Shown: positions 20,555-30,348, counted from the first letter of the stretch. The stretch: 52,409 nucleotides of DNA from Pseudomonadota bacterium (GCA_043805375.1 JAZDIA010000019.1:1-52409); one strand, 5' to 3'. The notes: a model not told the origin generated them from the letters alone. Translations and numbers: made by a program.

Positions 20555-21900
20555 TCAGGCCGGTTGCAACCAGTCTATGACCACGGCGCGCAGGCGCGCG
20601 GTAAAACGGTCCCAGGCGTTCGGATTCTGCACTGCCTCGGCGCGGTAGAACGACGGGCACAGGATGGCTGCATGAGCGACTTCGCCGCACAGGCCGCAGC
20701 CGACGCAGCTGTGGTCGACGTGCGCCACCGGGTCCACCTTGAGCGGGTCCAATGAAGCCTTCAACGTGAGCGAGGGGCAGGCGGAGAGCCGGATGCAAGA
20801 ATGGTCGCCCGAGCAGGTGTCGTCGTCCACGCCGAAGCGGGTGCGCACCACGCGCGCACCCGACCCCAGCAGCCGCGCGAGAATGGGGCGGATGCGGCGC
20901 TGGCGCTCGAGCTGGCACTCGCCCTCTGCGACGATGACTTTGAGCCCGGGTTCGTCGGTAGTGAAGGCCTCTAGCAGCGCGCGCGCCATGTCGGCGACGC
21001 GGTAGGTATAGACGTTGCGCAGCCATTTCACGCCGGCGCCGCGCAGCGTGTTCTCGATCGCGCGCTCGGCGCGCACCGCGCTTTTCTCTTGCAACAGTTC
21101 ATCGCTCTCGGCGCGTGGCGAGGAGACCAGGTCCTGCGTTCCGGTGGCCGCGGTGTAGCCATTCTTCATGATCAGCAGCACCGCGTCACCGCCGTTCAGC
21201 TGGTTGGAGACGACGCCGAAGAGAAAGCCGTTGTGCCAGAAGCCGCCGTCGCCCATGATCGCCAGCGAGCGGCCGGCCAGCATAGGCGCGACGCCGGCCG
21301 CGCTCGCGAGGCTCATGCCGTAGCCTAGGATGGAATGACCGAGCGAGAACGGCGCGAAGGTCGCGAACGAATGGCAGCCGATGTCGGCCGAGATGTGACG
21401 CTTGCCGATGTCGCGCTCGACCAGTTTGATCGCGGCGAACACCGGACGTTCGGGACAACCGACGCAGAAATTCGGCGGCCGCGGCAGCAGCGGCGAACCG
21501 AGCAACTCCGCGGCGCGCGCCCACGGCGTCCACCGCTTCGAACCAGCGAATCCCGGACGAAATGTCCAGCTACGGCGCATGTTTCGCAAGGAAGCTCACC
21601 AGGCCGCGCACGATCACCTCGGAGGTATATTCTCCCGCCATGATCAGCAGGTTCTTGCCATGCAGCCCGGTCTGCGCAAGCTGTTCCAGTTCGGGCTGCC
21701 CGGCCGCGCGGCGCAGCAGGGCGGCGATATCCTGTTCGATGAATTCGGGCTGGCCCTCTTCCAGCACTAGCACCGCGGCCTTGCCCGAGCAGAAGGCGGT
21801 AATTTCCTCGGGCACCAGCGGATAGACCACGTTGAGCGCGAGGATGGGGATGCGGCAGTTGCCGAAATCGTCGGCGAGCCCGACAAGTTGCAACGCGCGC
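20555..21900 (-). pseudogene. iorA: Indolepyruvate:ferredoxin oxidoreductase alpha (IorA-like), 5'-deleted, with nonsense codon and frameshift
   Basis: VLEEGQPEFIE, PRPPNFCVGCPERP, DIGCH, MGDGGFWHNG (TPP), CVGCGLCGE ferredoxin; TAG at 21570-21572 and frameshift near 21520. Confidence 0.82.
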
Positions 21901-22518
21901 GGCGCGCACGCCCTCAGCGCGCGCCTTTGCATCTGCGAGGGCACCGCCCTCCACCAAGGTGTCTAAAATGCGCAGGAAACTCGCCTTGGCGCGCCGGTTG
22001 ATGTCACCGTAGCCCTTGATAAGCCGGCCGCAGAGCGCGATTTCCAGCGCGAGTCCCGGCTCGGGCGCGGCGGCGATGGCGCGCCTGGCCAGTACCTTAG
22101 CCGCCGCAACGATGCGCTCGCTGTCGATGCGGCCGTCGCCCAGCGCAATTTTCTCGTCTACCGTGTAGATGCGGTGAGTCGACGCAATGAGCGTGGTGCG
22201 CTCGGGCGTGATATAGCCGTTTGACAAGGCGCGTCCTGCTTCCAGCAGCTCGGAAGCTAGCATCACGTCGATGTTGGCGGGCGAGGGCGCAAGCGTCATC
22301 ACCGGTCGCCGGCCGCCTAGCAGCGCCGCGCGCGCAGGGTACAGCTCGATGTAGTAGGTGGTCGCTCCGGTGCGCTGCGCCACTCCGGGGATGGAGGTGC
22401 TCTGTACGGGGTAGTCCGCGGCTGTCGCGGCGGCGATGATCCAGTTGGCTAGCACCCCGCCGCCTTCGCCGCCGAGTGCGGCGATCAGGATGGTAATTGG
22501 TCGTTCTGGAATGGGCAT
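21894..22518 (-). pseudogene. iorB: Indolepyruvate oxidoreductase beta-family (IorB-like) gene with large internal deletion, fused to the iorA remnant
   Basis: ALGGEGGGVL, SIPGVAQRTGATTYY; residue ~148 jumps directly to the family's C-terminal RLIKGYGD motif. Confidence 0.78.
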
Positions 22519-22593
22519 GGGTTTACTCGAAGGAATCGATCACGCAGAGTACGAGATCGTGCTCACGGGCGGTAGCCGACGCAGGGCTACGGT

Positions 22594-23946
22594 TCAGGCC
22601 GACGCTGCAGGCGACTGAGGTTTGGCTGCGGCAAAACCCTGGATGCGCGCGAGGTTCGTTGCCAGGGTGCGCTCTATATGGGCGACCTGCTCCGGCACAA
22701 GGTGCCGGTACTTGCCGAGCACTTCGAGATACTCGGTAATCGGACGCGCGTGCTCGACCGGGCGCGTCAAGCGCAGGCCGTCGCGCGGATTGAACTCCCA
22801 CAGCAGCACGAAATTGGTCTCGACCGCCTTGCGCGACACCTCGATGTTCTGGTCGGAAGGAAAGCGCCAGCCGGTAGTGCAGGGAGAGTAGATGTGCAAA
22901 TAGGCGAATCCGGTCTTGGCCGCGACGATCGCGCGGTCGAGCTTGTCGTATAGATCCTCCATGAAGGCGGTGGAGGCGGTCGCGACGTACTCGCAGTCGT
23001 GCATCACCATCAAGAGCGGCAGGTTCTTCGCGTCCTGGGTCTTGCCGTGGGCGCGTTCGCCCACCGGCGTGGTCGAGGTCCAGGCGCCATACGGCGTGCA
23101 GCCGGAGCGCTGCATGCCGGTGTTCATGTAGCCTTCGTTGTCGACGCAAATGTACAGGATCTCCTCGCCGCGCTCGGCCGCGCCCGAAAGCGACTGGAAG
23201 CCCACGTCCGCAGTGCCGCCGTCGCCGGCCAGCGCCACCGCCATCACGTCGCGGCCGCTGCGCTTGTAGAACCGGCGCACGCCCGCGAGCATGGATGCGG
23301 TGTTGGTGAGCAGCGGATGGAATACCGGCACCTTGGTGCCGGTGAGCCCGTTGTAGCCGACCGAGCCCATGCCCGGGATGCAGCCGGGTGGGGTCGCCAC
23401 CACCACGTCCGGACCGATGCGCCGCAGCGTATGGCGCATGATCAATTCGGCGTTGCAGCCCTGGCAGCCGGAGAGTCCGGGCACGAACAGGTCTTCGAGA
23501 TTGCCCACCTCGTTATAGATGCGCGCGGCCTTGACGTGCTTCAGTGCACCTGGGGTGCAGGCCTTGACGCAGGCCGGGGCACCTTCACACAGGTCGCACT
23601 TGATCACATGGGCCGAAAGCGCGTCGTAGGCGATTCCGCCGTAGGCGCAGCCGAGGGTGCACAGCAGGCAGTTGACGCACTTCGTTCCGTCCCAGTCGAC
23701 CACGCCGCTGCCGGCGTTTTTCGCGAGCGCCGCCGCCGGGCAGTTGAGCACGCATTCCGGATCGCCGCACTGGCGGCAAATCGCGAGTTCAAAGCCGTCG
23801 CCGGAAGGCACGATCTGGATGCGCGATCGGATCTGGTCGTCCGACTGCGCCTTGGCCTGCGCGCAGGCGCTCATACAGTCAAGGCAGCCGTCGCAGGCTT
23901 CCGGCTTGAAATTGATGGTCTCGTAGGCGGCGCCCATGGTGGTCAT
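22594..23946 (-). CDS. padI: Phenylglyoxylate dehydrogenase beta subunit (N-terminal ferredoxin + TPP domain)
   Basis: CDGCLDC...CVNCLLC ferredoxins; GCQGC; AGDGG...DNEGYMNTGMQRS; closely recalls Aromatoleum evansii PadI; start overlaps padH stop (TAATG). Confidence 0.88.
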   Translation of the reverse strand: MTTMGAAYETINFKPEACDGCLDCMSACAQAKAQSDDQIRSRIQIVPSGDGFELAICRQCGDPECVLNCPAAALAKNAGSGVVDWDGTKCVNCLLCTLGCAYGGIAYDALSAHVIKCDLCEGAPACVKACTPGALKHVKAARIYNEVGNLEDLFVPGLSGCQGCNAELIMRHTLRRIGPDVVVATPPGCIPGMGSVGYNGLTGTKVPVFHPLLTNTASMLAGVRRFYKRSGRDVMAVALAGDGGTADVGFQSLSGAAERGEEILYICVDNEGYMNTGMQRSGCTPYGAWTSTTPVGERAHGKTQDAKNLPLLMVMHDCEYVATASTAFMEDLYDKLDRAIVAAKTGFAYLHIYSPCTTGWRFPSDQNIEVSRKAVETNFVLLWEFNPRDGLRLTRPVEHARPITEYLEVLGKYRHLVPEQVAHIERTLATNLARIQGFAAAKPQSPAASA

Positions 23947-25208
23947 TATCTCCAGTTCCTGGACATCAGCGCGCGTGCCGTCTGCTGCGGTGAACGCAGG
24001 AACGCCAACTTTTCGTCGCCCAGATCGATTGCGCGCAGTATCAGTTCCCACATGATGCCGGGGTCGAACGCGCTATTGACCCCGAAGATCCCGGCGAGAC
24101 GGCTGTCCTTGAGCACGATCTTGAGATAACGGTTCTGCTCGGCGTCCACCTGTTTTTTTACCTCGACGCCCGATTGCTCCAGGGCACCTTCATGCACGCC
24201 GACCGAAACCGCCTGCTGGCCGAAGAAGCTGTAGGTGTTGAGCGGCACGCCGCCGGCGTAGGTCTTCGATCCCGGGTCCTCCGCCATCGCCATGCCGGCA
24301 ATGCGTCCCTGGTCGACCGCATCCGGAAGAATGCCGTTGATGATCTGCTCGCCGGTAAAAAAGCCGCGCGCCTGGGCCACGTCTCCCGCGGCCCAGATGT
24401 TGGCGATATTGGTGCGCATGTGATCGTCGACCAGCACCCCGCGCTCGATCGCGACGCCGCTGCCCTCGAGAAAATCGGTCACCGGCGCAACGCCGGTGGC
24501 GACGAGCAACAGGTCCGCATCGAGTTCGGCGCCATCGGCCAGCTTGGCGCGGCAACCTTCGCCGTCGGCCGCGAACGAAGCCACATGCTTGCCCGTGAAC
24601 AGGCGCACGCCGTTGGCGGCGAAAACTTTTTCGATCATGCCGGACGCTTCCGCGTCGAAATAGCCGGCGAGGACATGGGGCAGTATTTCCACCACGCTCA
24701 CCGCCACGCCGCCCTTGGCCAGGTTCTCCGCCGCGCGCATGCCGATCAGGCCTCCGCCCAGCACCAGCGCGCGCTTGATGCGCGGCAGCGCCTTGCGCAG
24801 GGCGACAGCGTCGCTGAGGGTGCGCAGCACGTGAAACTGCAGTCCGGCGAGGCCCGGGATCGCCGGCAACAGTGGCGCGGCGCCGGTCGCGAGCAGCAGC
24901 TTGTCGAAACCGATTTTGGTTCCATCGGCGAATTCGACTGCGCTCTCGCCCGCGTTCACCTTCCGCACTTTCGCGCCGCGCAGGTAGCTCACCTTGTGCT
25001 CGGCGAAATAGCCCTCGTCGCGCAGGAATACGCGACCCGGGTTGGAGCGGCCCGAGACCACATAGGGCAGGACCGTGGGCGAATACGGCAGGCTGTCGTC
25101 GCGGGTGAGGAGCGTGACCTCCTGCTCCGCGTCGTGCAGCCGGATCGCGTGCAGAGCCGACAGCGCCGCGTGGCTCGCGCCGACGATAAGGTAATGAGTG
25201 TGCTGCAT
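23946..25208 (-). CDS. padH: Phenylglyoxylate dehydrogenase epsilon subunit (FAD/NAD oxidoreductase)
   Basis: PYSPTVLPYVVSG, LLATGA, GGGLIG, WAAGDVAQARGFF, C-terminal MSRNWR as in PadH. Confidence 0.88.
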   Translation of the reverse strand: MQHTHYLIVGASHAALSALHAIRLHDAEQEVTLLTRDDSLPYSPTVLPYVVSGRSNPGRVFLRDEGYFAEHKVSYLRGAKVRKVNAGESAVEFADGTKIGFDKLLLATGAAPLLPAIPGLAGLQFHVLRTLSDAVALRKALPRIKRALVLGGGLIGMRAAENLAKGGVAVSVVEILPHVLAGYFDAEASGMIEKVFAANGVRLFTGKHVASFAADGEGCRAKLADGAELDADLLLVATGVAPVTDFLEGSGVAIERGVLVDDHMRTNIANIWAAGDVAQARGFFTGEQIINGILPDAVDQGRIAGMAMAEDPGSKTYAGGVPLNTYSFFGQQAVSVGVHEGALEQSGVEVKKQVDAEQNRYLKIVLKDSRLAGIFGVNSAFDPGIMWELILRAIDLGDEKLAFLRSPQQTARALMSRNWR

Positions 25209-25227
25209 CTCAGTGTCCGTTACGAAA

Positions 25228-25288
25228 TGAGGGGATACATCCCCTCATACTCCCCTAAGTCAGGGCGGTTTCAGTCATTCTGAAACAG
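25228..25288 (-). repeat. Two-hairpin intergenic element, copy 1 (padG-padH gap)
   Basis: 50/63 identical by hand alignment to 48586-48648; hairpins GGGCTGTTTCAG/CTGAAACCGCCC and ATGAGGGGAT/ATCCCCTCAT. Confidence 0.8.
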
Positions 25289-25292
25289 CCCC

Positions 25293-26516
25293 CTAGTCCT
25301 TTTCGTTGAGCCACACCGTCTCGGCCGGCTGGCCGTCGCGCGCGAGATCGGCGGTGCGGCGGATCACCCGCTCGAAGTGTCCCAGCGTGAGGTCGGCGCC
25401 GGAGAGCCCGCCGATGAAACTCATCGCCGGGATGCGCCTGGGGGCGCAATACAGGGCTGTCATCGTGTCCTGAAACAGCGGCCCGCAATTCCAGCCGAAC
25501 GAGACCGAGCGATCGACCACGCCCACGGCTTTCACCTCGGCCAACGCGGCTGCGAGCGCCTGGACCGGGAACGGGCGATAGGTTTTCACCTTGACCAGGC
25601 CCACTTTCTCGCCGCGCGCGCGCGCCGCGTCCACCGCGTCCTTGGCGGCGCCGGTCATGCTGCCGATGGTCACGATCGCGTGCTCGGCGCCGTCCATGCG
25701 GTAAGACTCGACCAGCGGCGCATGGCAGCGGCCGAAGCGCTGCCCCCATTCTTCGTGCACCTCGGTAATGACGGCGAGCGCGTTCTGGGTGCCGCTGCAC
25801 TGGCCTTTGCGGTAACGCACAAAGGCCGATGGGCCGATGCCGCCGGCGCCGCCGGTCAGAGGATCGACCGCCATCGGGCGTTGCGGATCGAGCGCCACAT
25901 GCCAGTTGACGTTCTTCGCGCCGAGGAACGCGCCGACCTCCTCCTGGTCCGGCAGCTCCGCGCGCGCGGCGCCGAAGGACAGGTAGTTGCCGTCGTGGTT
26001 CACGTTCACGGGCAGCATCACGTCGCGGTGTTCGGCGATCTTGTAGGCCATGATGGTGGTATCGAGCACCTCCTGCACCGACTCGCAGTACATGTGGATC
26101 CAGCCGGCTTCGCGCACCGACATCGCGTCCTGGTGCCCGCCCCAGACGCTCTGCGGCGTGAGCATGTCGCGGGTGACGATGGTCATCACCAGCGGCAGGC
26201 GCAGGCCCGGCGTGCGCACATACGGCTCGAACATGAAGGCGAGTCCGGGGCCGGAAGTCGCGGTGTAGGTGCGCGCGCCCGCGAGACAGGCGCCCTGCAG
26301 CACCGACAGCACCGAATGCTCGCCTTCGACGTCGACGAGTTCGGCGCCGAGCCGGCCGTCGGCGATGAATTTGGCCAGATACTCGACCAGAGAGGATTGC
26401 GGCGTGATCGGATACACCGCGACCATGTCCACATTGGCGAGCGATACCGCCCATGCCGCCGCTTCGTTGCCGTCGCAGACGATGAGTTTCGATTTTGGCT
26501 TGAGTATCGTGCTCAT
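25293..26516 (-). CDS. padG: Phenylglyoxylate dehydrogenase alpha subunit
   Basis: DGNEAAA, YPITPQS, EGEHS, TATSGPG of 2-oxoacid:ferredoxin oxidoreductase alpha; start overlaps padF stop. Confidence 0.88.
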   Translation of the reverse strand: MSTILKPKSKLIVCDGNEAAAWAVSLANVDMVAVYPITPQSSLVEYLAKFIADGRLGAELVDVEGEHSVLSVLQGACLAGARTYTATSGPGLAFMFEPYVRTPGLRLPLVMTIVTRDMLTPQSVWGGHQDAMSVREAGWIHMYCESVQEVLDTTIMAYKIAEHRDVMLPVNVNHDGNYLSFGAARAELPDQEEVGAFLGAKNVNWHVALDPQRPMAVDPLTGGAGGIGPSAFVRYRKGQCSGTQNALAVITEVHEEWGQRFGRCHAPLVESYRMDGAEHAIVTIGSMTGAAKDAVDAARARGEKVGLVKVKTYRPFPVQALAAALAEVKAVGVVDRSVSFGWNCGPLFQDTMTALYCAPRRIPAMSFIGGLSGADLTLGHFERVIRRTADLARDGQPAETVWLNEKD

Positions 26517-26806
26517 TACGCTGCCTCCTGGATCATCGCAATCGCTCGTTGCGGGCACTCGGTGGCGCAGATGCCGCAGCCTTTGCAGGTCGCAAGATTG
26601 AAGTCGAACCAGGCAGGGCGCTCGACCACGCATTGCACCGGGCAGTAGAGCCAGCATACGGCGCATTTCACGCACTTGCCGCGGTCGACCACCGGGCGCA
26701 TGCTGCGCCAGTCTCCCGGCAGCATCGGCGTAGGTTTGGTCGCGATCGGACACAGGTCGTCCGGGATCGTCGATGCGTCGAACATGTCGTATGCCTGGCG
26801 TTTCAT
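26516..26806 (-). CDS. padF: Phenylglyoxylate dehydrogenase delta subunit (2x[4Fe-4S])
   Basis: PDDLCP...MLPGDWRSMRPVV...CVKCAVCWLYCP...CKGCGICATECP. Confidence 0.88.
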   Translation of the reverse strand: MKRQAYDMFDASTIPDDLCPIATKPTPMLPGDWRSMRPVVDRGKCVKCAVCWLYCPVQCVVERPAWFDFNLATCKGCGICATECPQRAIAMIQEAA

Positions 26807-27382
26807 GCCGCCGCCTCCGCCATCCTCTCTATGTGGTGCACCCGGGTCGATTCGTAGCCGCGTTCGAGCGCGACCATGTTCTGCGCGAGTCCGGCATCGC
26901 GAAAATCCGACTTCTGGATCGCGGCGCGCAGCGAATCGAGCGAAACCAATCCGGTGGTGCGCGCGAAGGCTCCCCAGCATGATGGTGTTGGTGATCGAGC
27001 GCTTGAATAGGTCGAGCGCGATCGAAACCGCGTCGCACAGCCCGACCGTCGCGACCTCGCGCGGAAGCTGAAAGTCGGCAATCGTCTTGGATCCGGTCTG
27101 CACCAGCACGGCGCCGTCCTTGATGCCGTCGAAAATGTTCACCGCGCGCGCCACCGTCGGGTCGATGCACAGGACGCAGTCCGGATGATAGATGTTGGTC
27201 ATCTACCGGATCTCGCGCTCGTCGAAGCGCAGGTAGCTTGCCACCGGCGCGCCGCGGCGCTCGAAACCGAAAGACGGTACGGCGACGACGAACTTGCCTT
27301 CGAGCACCAGGGCGGTGGCGAGGATGCCGCCCGCCAGCACCGCGCCCTGCCCGCCGCGACCGTGGATGCGGATTTCGTACAT
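26803..27382 (-). pseudogene. padE: Phenylglyoxylate dehydrogenase gamma subunit, interrupted
   Basis: [13 protein letters not shown]...[11 protein letters not shown]; in-frame TAG at 27203-27205 (EREIR*MTNIY) and an extra G near 26972-26975 that shifts TNTIMLG/AFARTTG. Confidence 0.85.
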
Positions 27383-27438
27383 GCTTCCTCCCCCTTGCGC
27401 TTGCTCCAGCATGACCTGGGCAAGCCTCTGATGAAACG

Positions 27439-27467
27439 AGAGTAGGCGCGGGTCTGGCATTTGTCAA
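27439..27467 (-). promoter_or_regulatory. sigma70 promoter of the pad operon
   Basis: Minus strand TTGACA (27467-27462), 17 bp, TACTCT (27444-27439). Confidence 0.6.
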
Positions 27468-27489
27468 ATTGATGGAAAATATGATATAT

Positions 27490-27504
27490 ATTCCATTCAT
27501 GAAT
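27490..27504. promoter_or_regulatory. LysR-type T-N11-A operator
   Basis: ATTC-N7-GAAT overlapping the regulator's own start codon, upstream of the pad -35. Confidence 0.5.
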
Positions 27505-28407
27505 GTAACGGACCTCGATCTGAACCTGCTGCGCGCCTTCGACGCCATCGCGACCGCGGGCAGCGTCACCGTCGCCGGCGAGCGCCTCGGGCTGTCGCAG
27601 CCGGCCATGAGCAACGCGCTTTCGCGGCTGCGCCAGTTGTTTGACGACCCGCTATTCGTGCGCACGCCGCGCGGCATGCGCCCTACGCCTTTCGCGCAGC
27701 AACTGGCGCAGCCGGTGCGCGAGGCGCTGCGCCTGATTCAGACCGCGCTGCAGCAGCACGCCGGCTTCGAGCCGAAGAGCTCCGATCGCGCGTTTCGTTT
27801 TTACATGTCGGACATCGGCGAAATGGTGTTCCTGCCCGGCCTGCTCGAGCGTATCAAGCAGGACGCGCCGGCGGTCAAGATAGAAGTGGTGCGGATTCCG
27901 ATCAAAGACGTCCACGCGACGCTGGAGGCGGGCGAGATCGACCTTGCGGTCGGCTTCCTGCCCGGCCTGACGACCGGCACGCGCCAGCAGCCGCTATTTC
28001 GCGAGCACTATGTGTGCATGCTGCGCGCCGATCATCCGGTGATCGGCCAAAGGATCAGCGCGAAGCAGTTCCGCGAAGCCGCGCATGTGCTGGTGTCGTA
28101 CGTCGGCAGCGGGCATCAGGTGATCGAAGATACCTTCGTCGCCGAAGGCTTGAGCCCTCGCATCGTGGCGCGCGTGCCGCATTTCCTGGTGGTGCCGATG
28201 ATCCTGGCGCGCACCGACCTGATCGTCACCGTTCCCTCCCGTGTCGCCGCCGCGTTCGCGCGGCTGGGCAACTTCAAGGTGCTCAAGCTGCCGCTGGCAA
28301 TGCCCGGCTTCGAGGTGCGGTTGCATTGGCACCAGCGCTTCGACCAGGACCCCGCCAACCGCTGGCTGCGCGAGGTGATGACGGAGCTGTACGCAGAGCA
28401 GGCTTAG
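27499..28407 (+). CDS. LysR-family transcriptional regulator (NahR/DntR-like), divergent from pad
   Basis: DLDLNLLRAF...LSQPAMSNALSRLR..FDDPLFVRT...DPANRWLR. Confidence 0.93.
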   Translation: MNVTDLDLNLLRAFDAIATAGSVTVAGERLGLSQPAMSNALSRLRQLFDDPLFVRTPRGMRPTPFAQQLAQPVREALRLIQTALQQHAGFEPKSSDRAFRFYMSDIGEMVFLPGLLERIKQDAPAVKIEVVRIPIKDVHATLEAGEIDLAVGFLPGLTTGTRQQPLFREHYVCMLRADHPVIGQRISAKQFREAAHVLVSYVGSGHQVIEDTFVAEGLSPRIVARVPHFLVVPMILARTDLIVTVPSRVAAAFARLGNFKVLKLPLAMPGFEVRLHWHQRFDQDPANRWLREVMTELYAEQA

Positions 28408-29009
28408 AGCGGACTGCAAACTTTCTGGATGCTTTGGCGTTGCGCGCCTGGTGCGCGTATTAGAAAGCTTCGTTCTCGATTGCCGGCTTGATGTCCTCGA
28501 CCAGATCGGCGAGGTGCTTAGTTGTAGTAGTCGCGACATGAAAGGCATCCGATGCGATCAGGACTTGTGGGGCTGCAACCGGCCACTATGCATAGATCTC
28601 AACTAGGGAGAGGTCGTACGGCCAGGATCTGTTTGATGCAGGCGCAGCGCGGCCGTTGGCGAGGTGGGTCAGCGATTTTCTAGACATAGTTTCGGCAGCC
28701 GAGGCCAGTGGTGGTCCCACTTCGGTAGACCTCTATTGGTAACGTCCGACTCTCTCGACTCCAGTGCATCAACTGGTTCCAGGCGCCGGACTCGCTCATG
28801 CGGTTCTTGCAGACGCTGTAACTATGTAAAGAACGCGCCGGCTCCTGATGCGCCGCGCCGCAGGGGCCGGCGTCATTCTTCTCAACATAACTACGCCTAG
28901 TTGGGATCTATGCATAGGGGTCGCTATGTAAAGCTTTACATAGCGGCCAACTGCGGACATTCGCGACGCAGCCGCCCCGCATAGTCTTGGCTTTACCTGG
29001 CGCCAACCG

Positions 29010-29420
29010 CTAGTGCCCTTCCGGCGCTCCTTGCCACAGCATGTCATAGCCCAACTCCTTGGTATCGGAGCACATCTTTGCCAGTGCCTCGAACTTAGTG
29101 GAGAAGATTGTGTCAGCGTGCGATTTCTCGTGCTCTCCGAATGAGCGCCAGTACGTGACGATGACGTAGTGCTCGTCCGCGCTGCGCGATGCATTGAGCG
29201 AACCTTCGTCGGAAACGAAACCGGAGAACTTAAACACCTGGCCGGCGATGAACCCGCCTTGGTCTCCGCCGTATGTTTCCTTGACGACGTTGCACATCTC
29301 GCCCACGGCCAGTTCGACTTCCTCGAAGGTGACGCCCGGCTTGAGCTTGACGGTATTGAACAACATCTTTGCGCCATATGGCAGCGTGATGGGATCGAAC
29401 ATATCGGTGGTTTCCTTCAT
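29010..29420 (-). CDS. Hypothetical dimeric alpha-beta barrel protein, sulfur oxygenase reductase-like motifs
   Basis: 136 aa; VGEMCNVV, GFIAGQ, TYWRSFGEHEKSH, ELGY (alternative start ATG 29402). Confidence 0.7.
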   Translation of the reverse strand: MKETTDMFDPITLPYGAKMLFNTVKLKPGVTFEEVELAVGEMCNVVKETYGGDQGGFIAGQVFKFSGFVSDEGSLNASRSADEHYVIVTYWRSFGEHEKSHADTIFSTKFEALAKMCSDTKELGYDMLWQGAPEGH

Positions 29421-29649
29421 TGTCAGTTATTCGTGGAAGGTGGCCCCGTGACGGCCGAAGGTGAGACTTCCTACTGGGCTGATTTGGATCAGCTTCCTCG
29501 ATAACGGTAGCACAACATTTTGAGTTTTGGTATAGCACGACATTGAACTTCCGCGACCGATTCGGCTCATGGCGGAGACGCGTAAAGTGGGGTGGCGCAT
29601 GAGGCAAGCGGCATTGCCCGCCGATGCCCTGCTGTAGCGACGCTGTTCG

Positions 29650-30078
29650 TTACCGGTTAGCAATCTTCCACGGATTGAGCAGCGGCAGTTTCAGGTCCTG
29701 GAAATGTCGCTGGTTGCGGGTGGCGAGCGTGGCGCGGCGCGCAAGGGCGATGCCTGCGATCAGTGTGTCGCGCACGTCCACCGGGCGTCCGGCCTTCTGG
29801 CGCATGGCCGCCAGCGAAGCGGCTTCGGCTGCGGCGGCGCCGTCGAAATCCAGCACGCGGTTCTCCAGGTCCTCCGACAGCGTTCGCGCAAACGCCGCTT
29901 CCAGAGCCTGCCGCCGTCGGCCTTTGGGCAGCAATGCGAGGCCGAGCCGTGTCTCGAACAGGGTAATGCTGGTAATCCAGATCGATTCAGCGGCCTGGAG
30001 ATCCAGCCACGCCACTACCGCAGCGTCCGGCGGATTTCGCATCAGCGCCGAAAGCACATTGGTATCGAGGATGATCAT
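29650..30078 (-). CDS. vapC: VapC/FitB PIN-domain toxin
   Basis: MIILDTNVLS, E42, RDTLIAGIA, LATRN..HF, NPW; coupled to the upstream antitoxin. Confidence 0.92.
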   Translation of the reverse strand: MIILDTNVLSALMRNPPDAAVVAWLDLQAAESIWITSITLFETRLGLALLPKGRRRQALEAAFARTLSEDLENRVLDFDGAAAAEAASLAAMRQKAGRPVDVRDTLIAGIALARRATLATRNQRHFQDLKLPLLNPWKIANR

Positions 30079-30323
30079 TTGCCGAAATTCGCCGCGCGCA
30101 CCGGCTGGCCGTGCAATTCAGGCAGATCCGTCGTCAGTCCGTCCGGCCCGAAGCGCGCGGCGATGCGTGATCCCAGCCGGGTGACCGGTCGGTTGTCGTC
30201 TTTCACCGCATTGCGCAGAATGTGCCGCACTTCCTCTTCCATGCTGCGCCCATGGCTCGATGCGCGGCGCTTCAGGCGCGTCTTTACTTCTTCTTCAATC
30301 CGGCGAACCACCAACTGGACCAT
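30075..30323 (-). CDS. FitA-like ribbon-helix-helix antitoxin
   Basis: QLVVRRIEEEVKTRLKRRASSHGRSMEEEVRHIL; 4-nt overlap with vapC. Confidence 0.9.
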   Translation of the reverse strand: MVQLVVRRIEEEVKTRLKRRASSHGRSMEEEVRHILRNAVKDDNRPVTRLGSRIAARFGPDGLTTDLPELHGQPVRAANFGK

Positions 30324-30348
30324 TGATTACTCCCTCGCGAACATTGAC

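Noticed and set aside
21570-27205. In-frame TAG codons in padE and iorA suggesting amber-to-Gln recoding or pyrrolysine
   Set aside because: Core genes here (rplB, rpsS, rplN, infA) end at TAG, and both interrupted genes also carry frameshifts; CAG>TAG decay is simpler
28418-29000. Short peptides in the AT-richer islet DNA
   Set aside because: Stops in all frames and no family recognised; treated as degenerate cargo pending blastx
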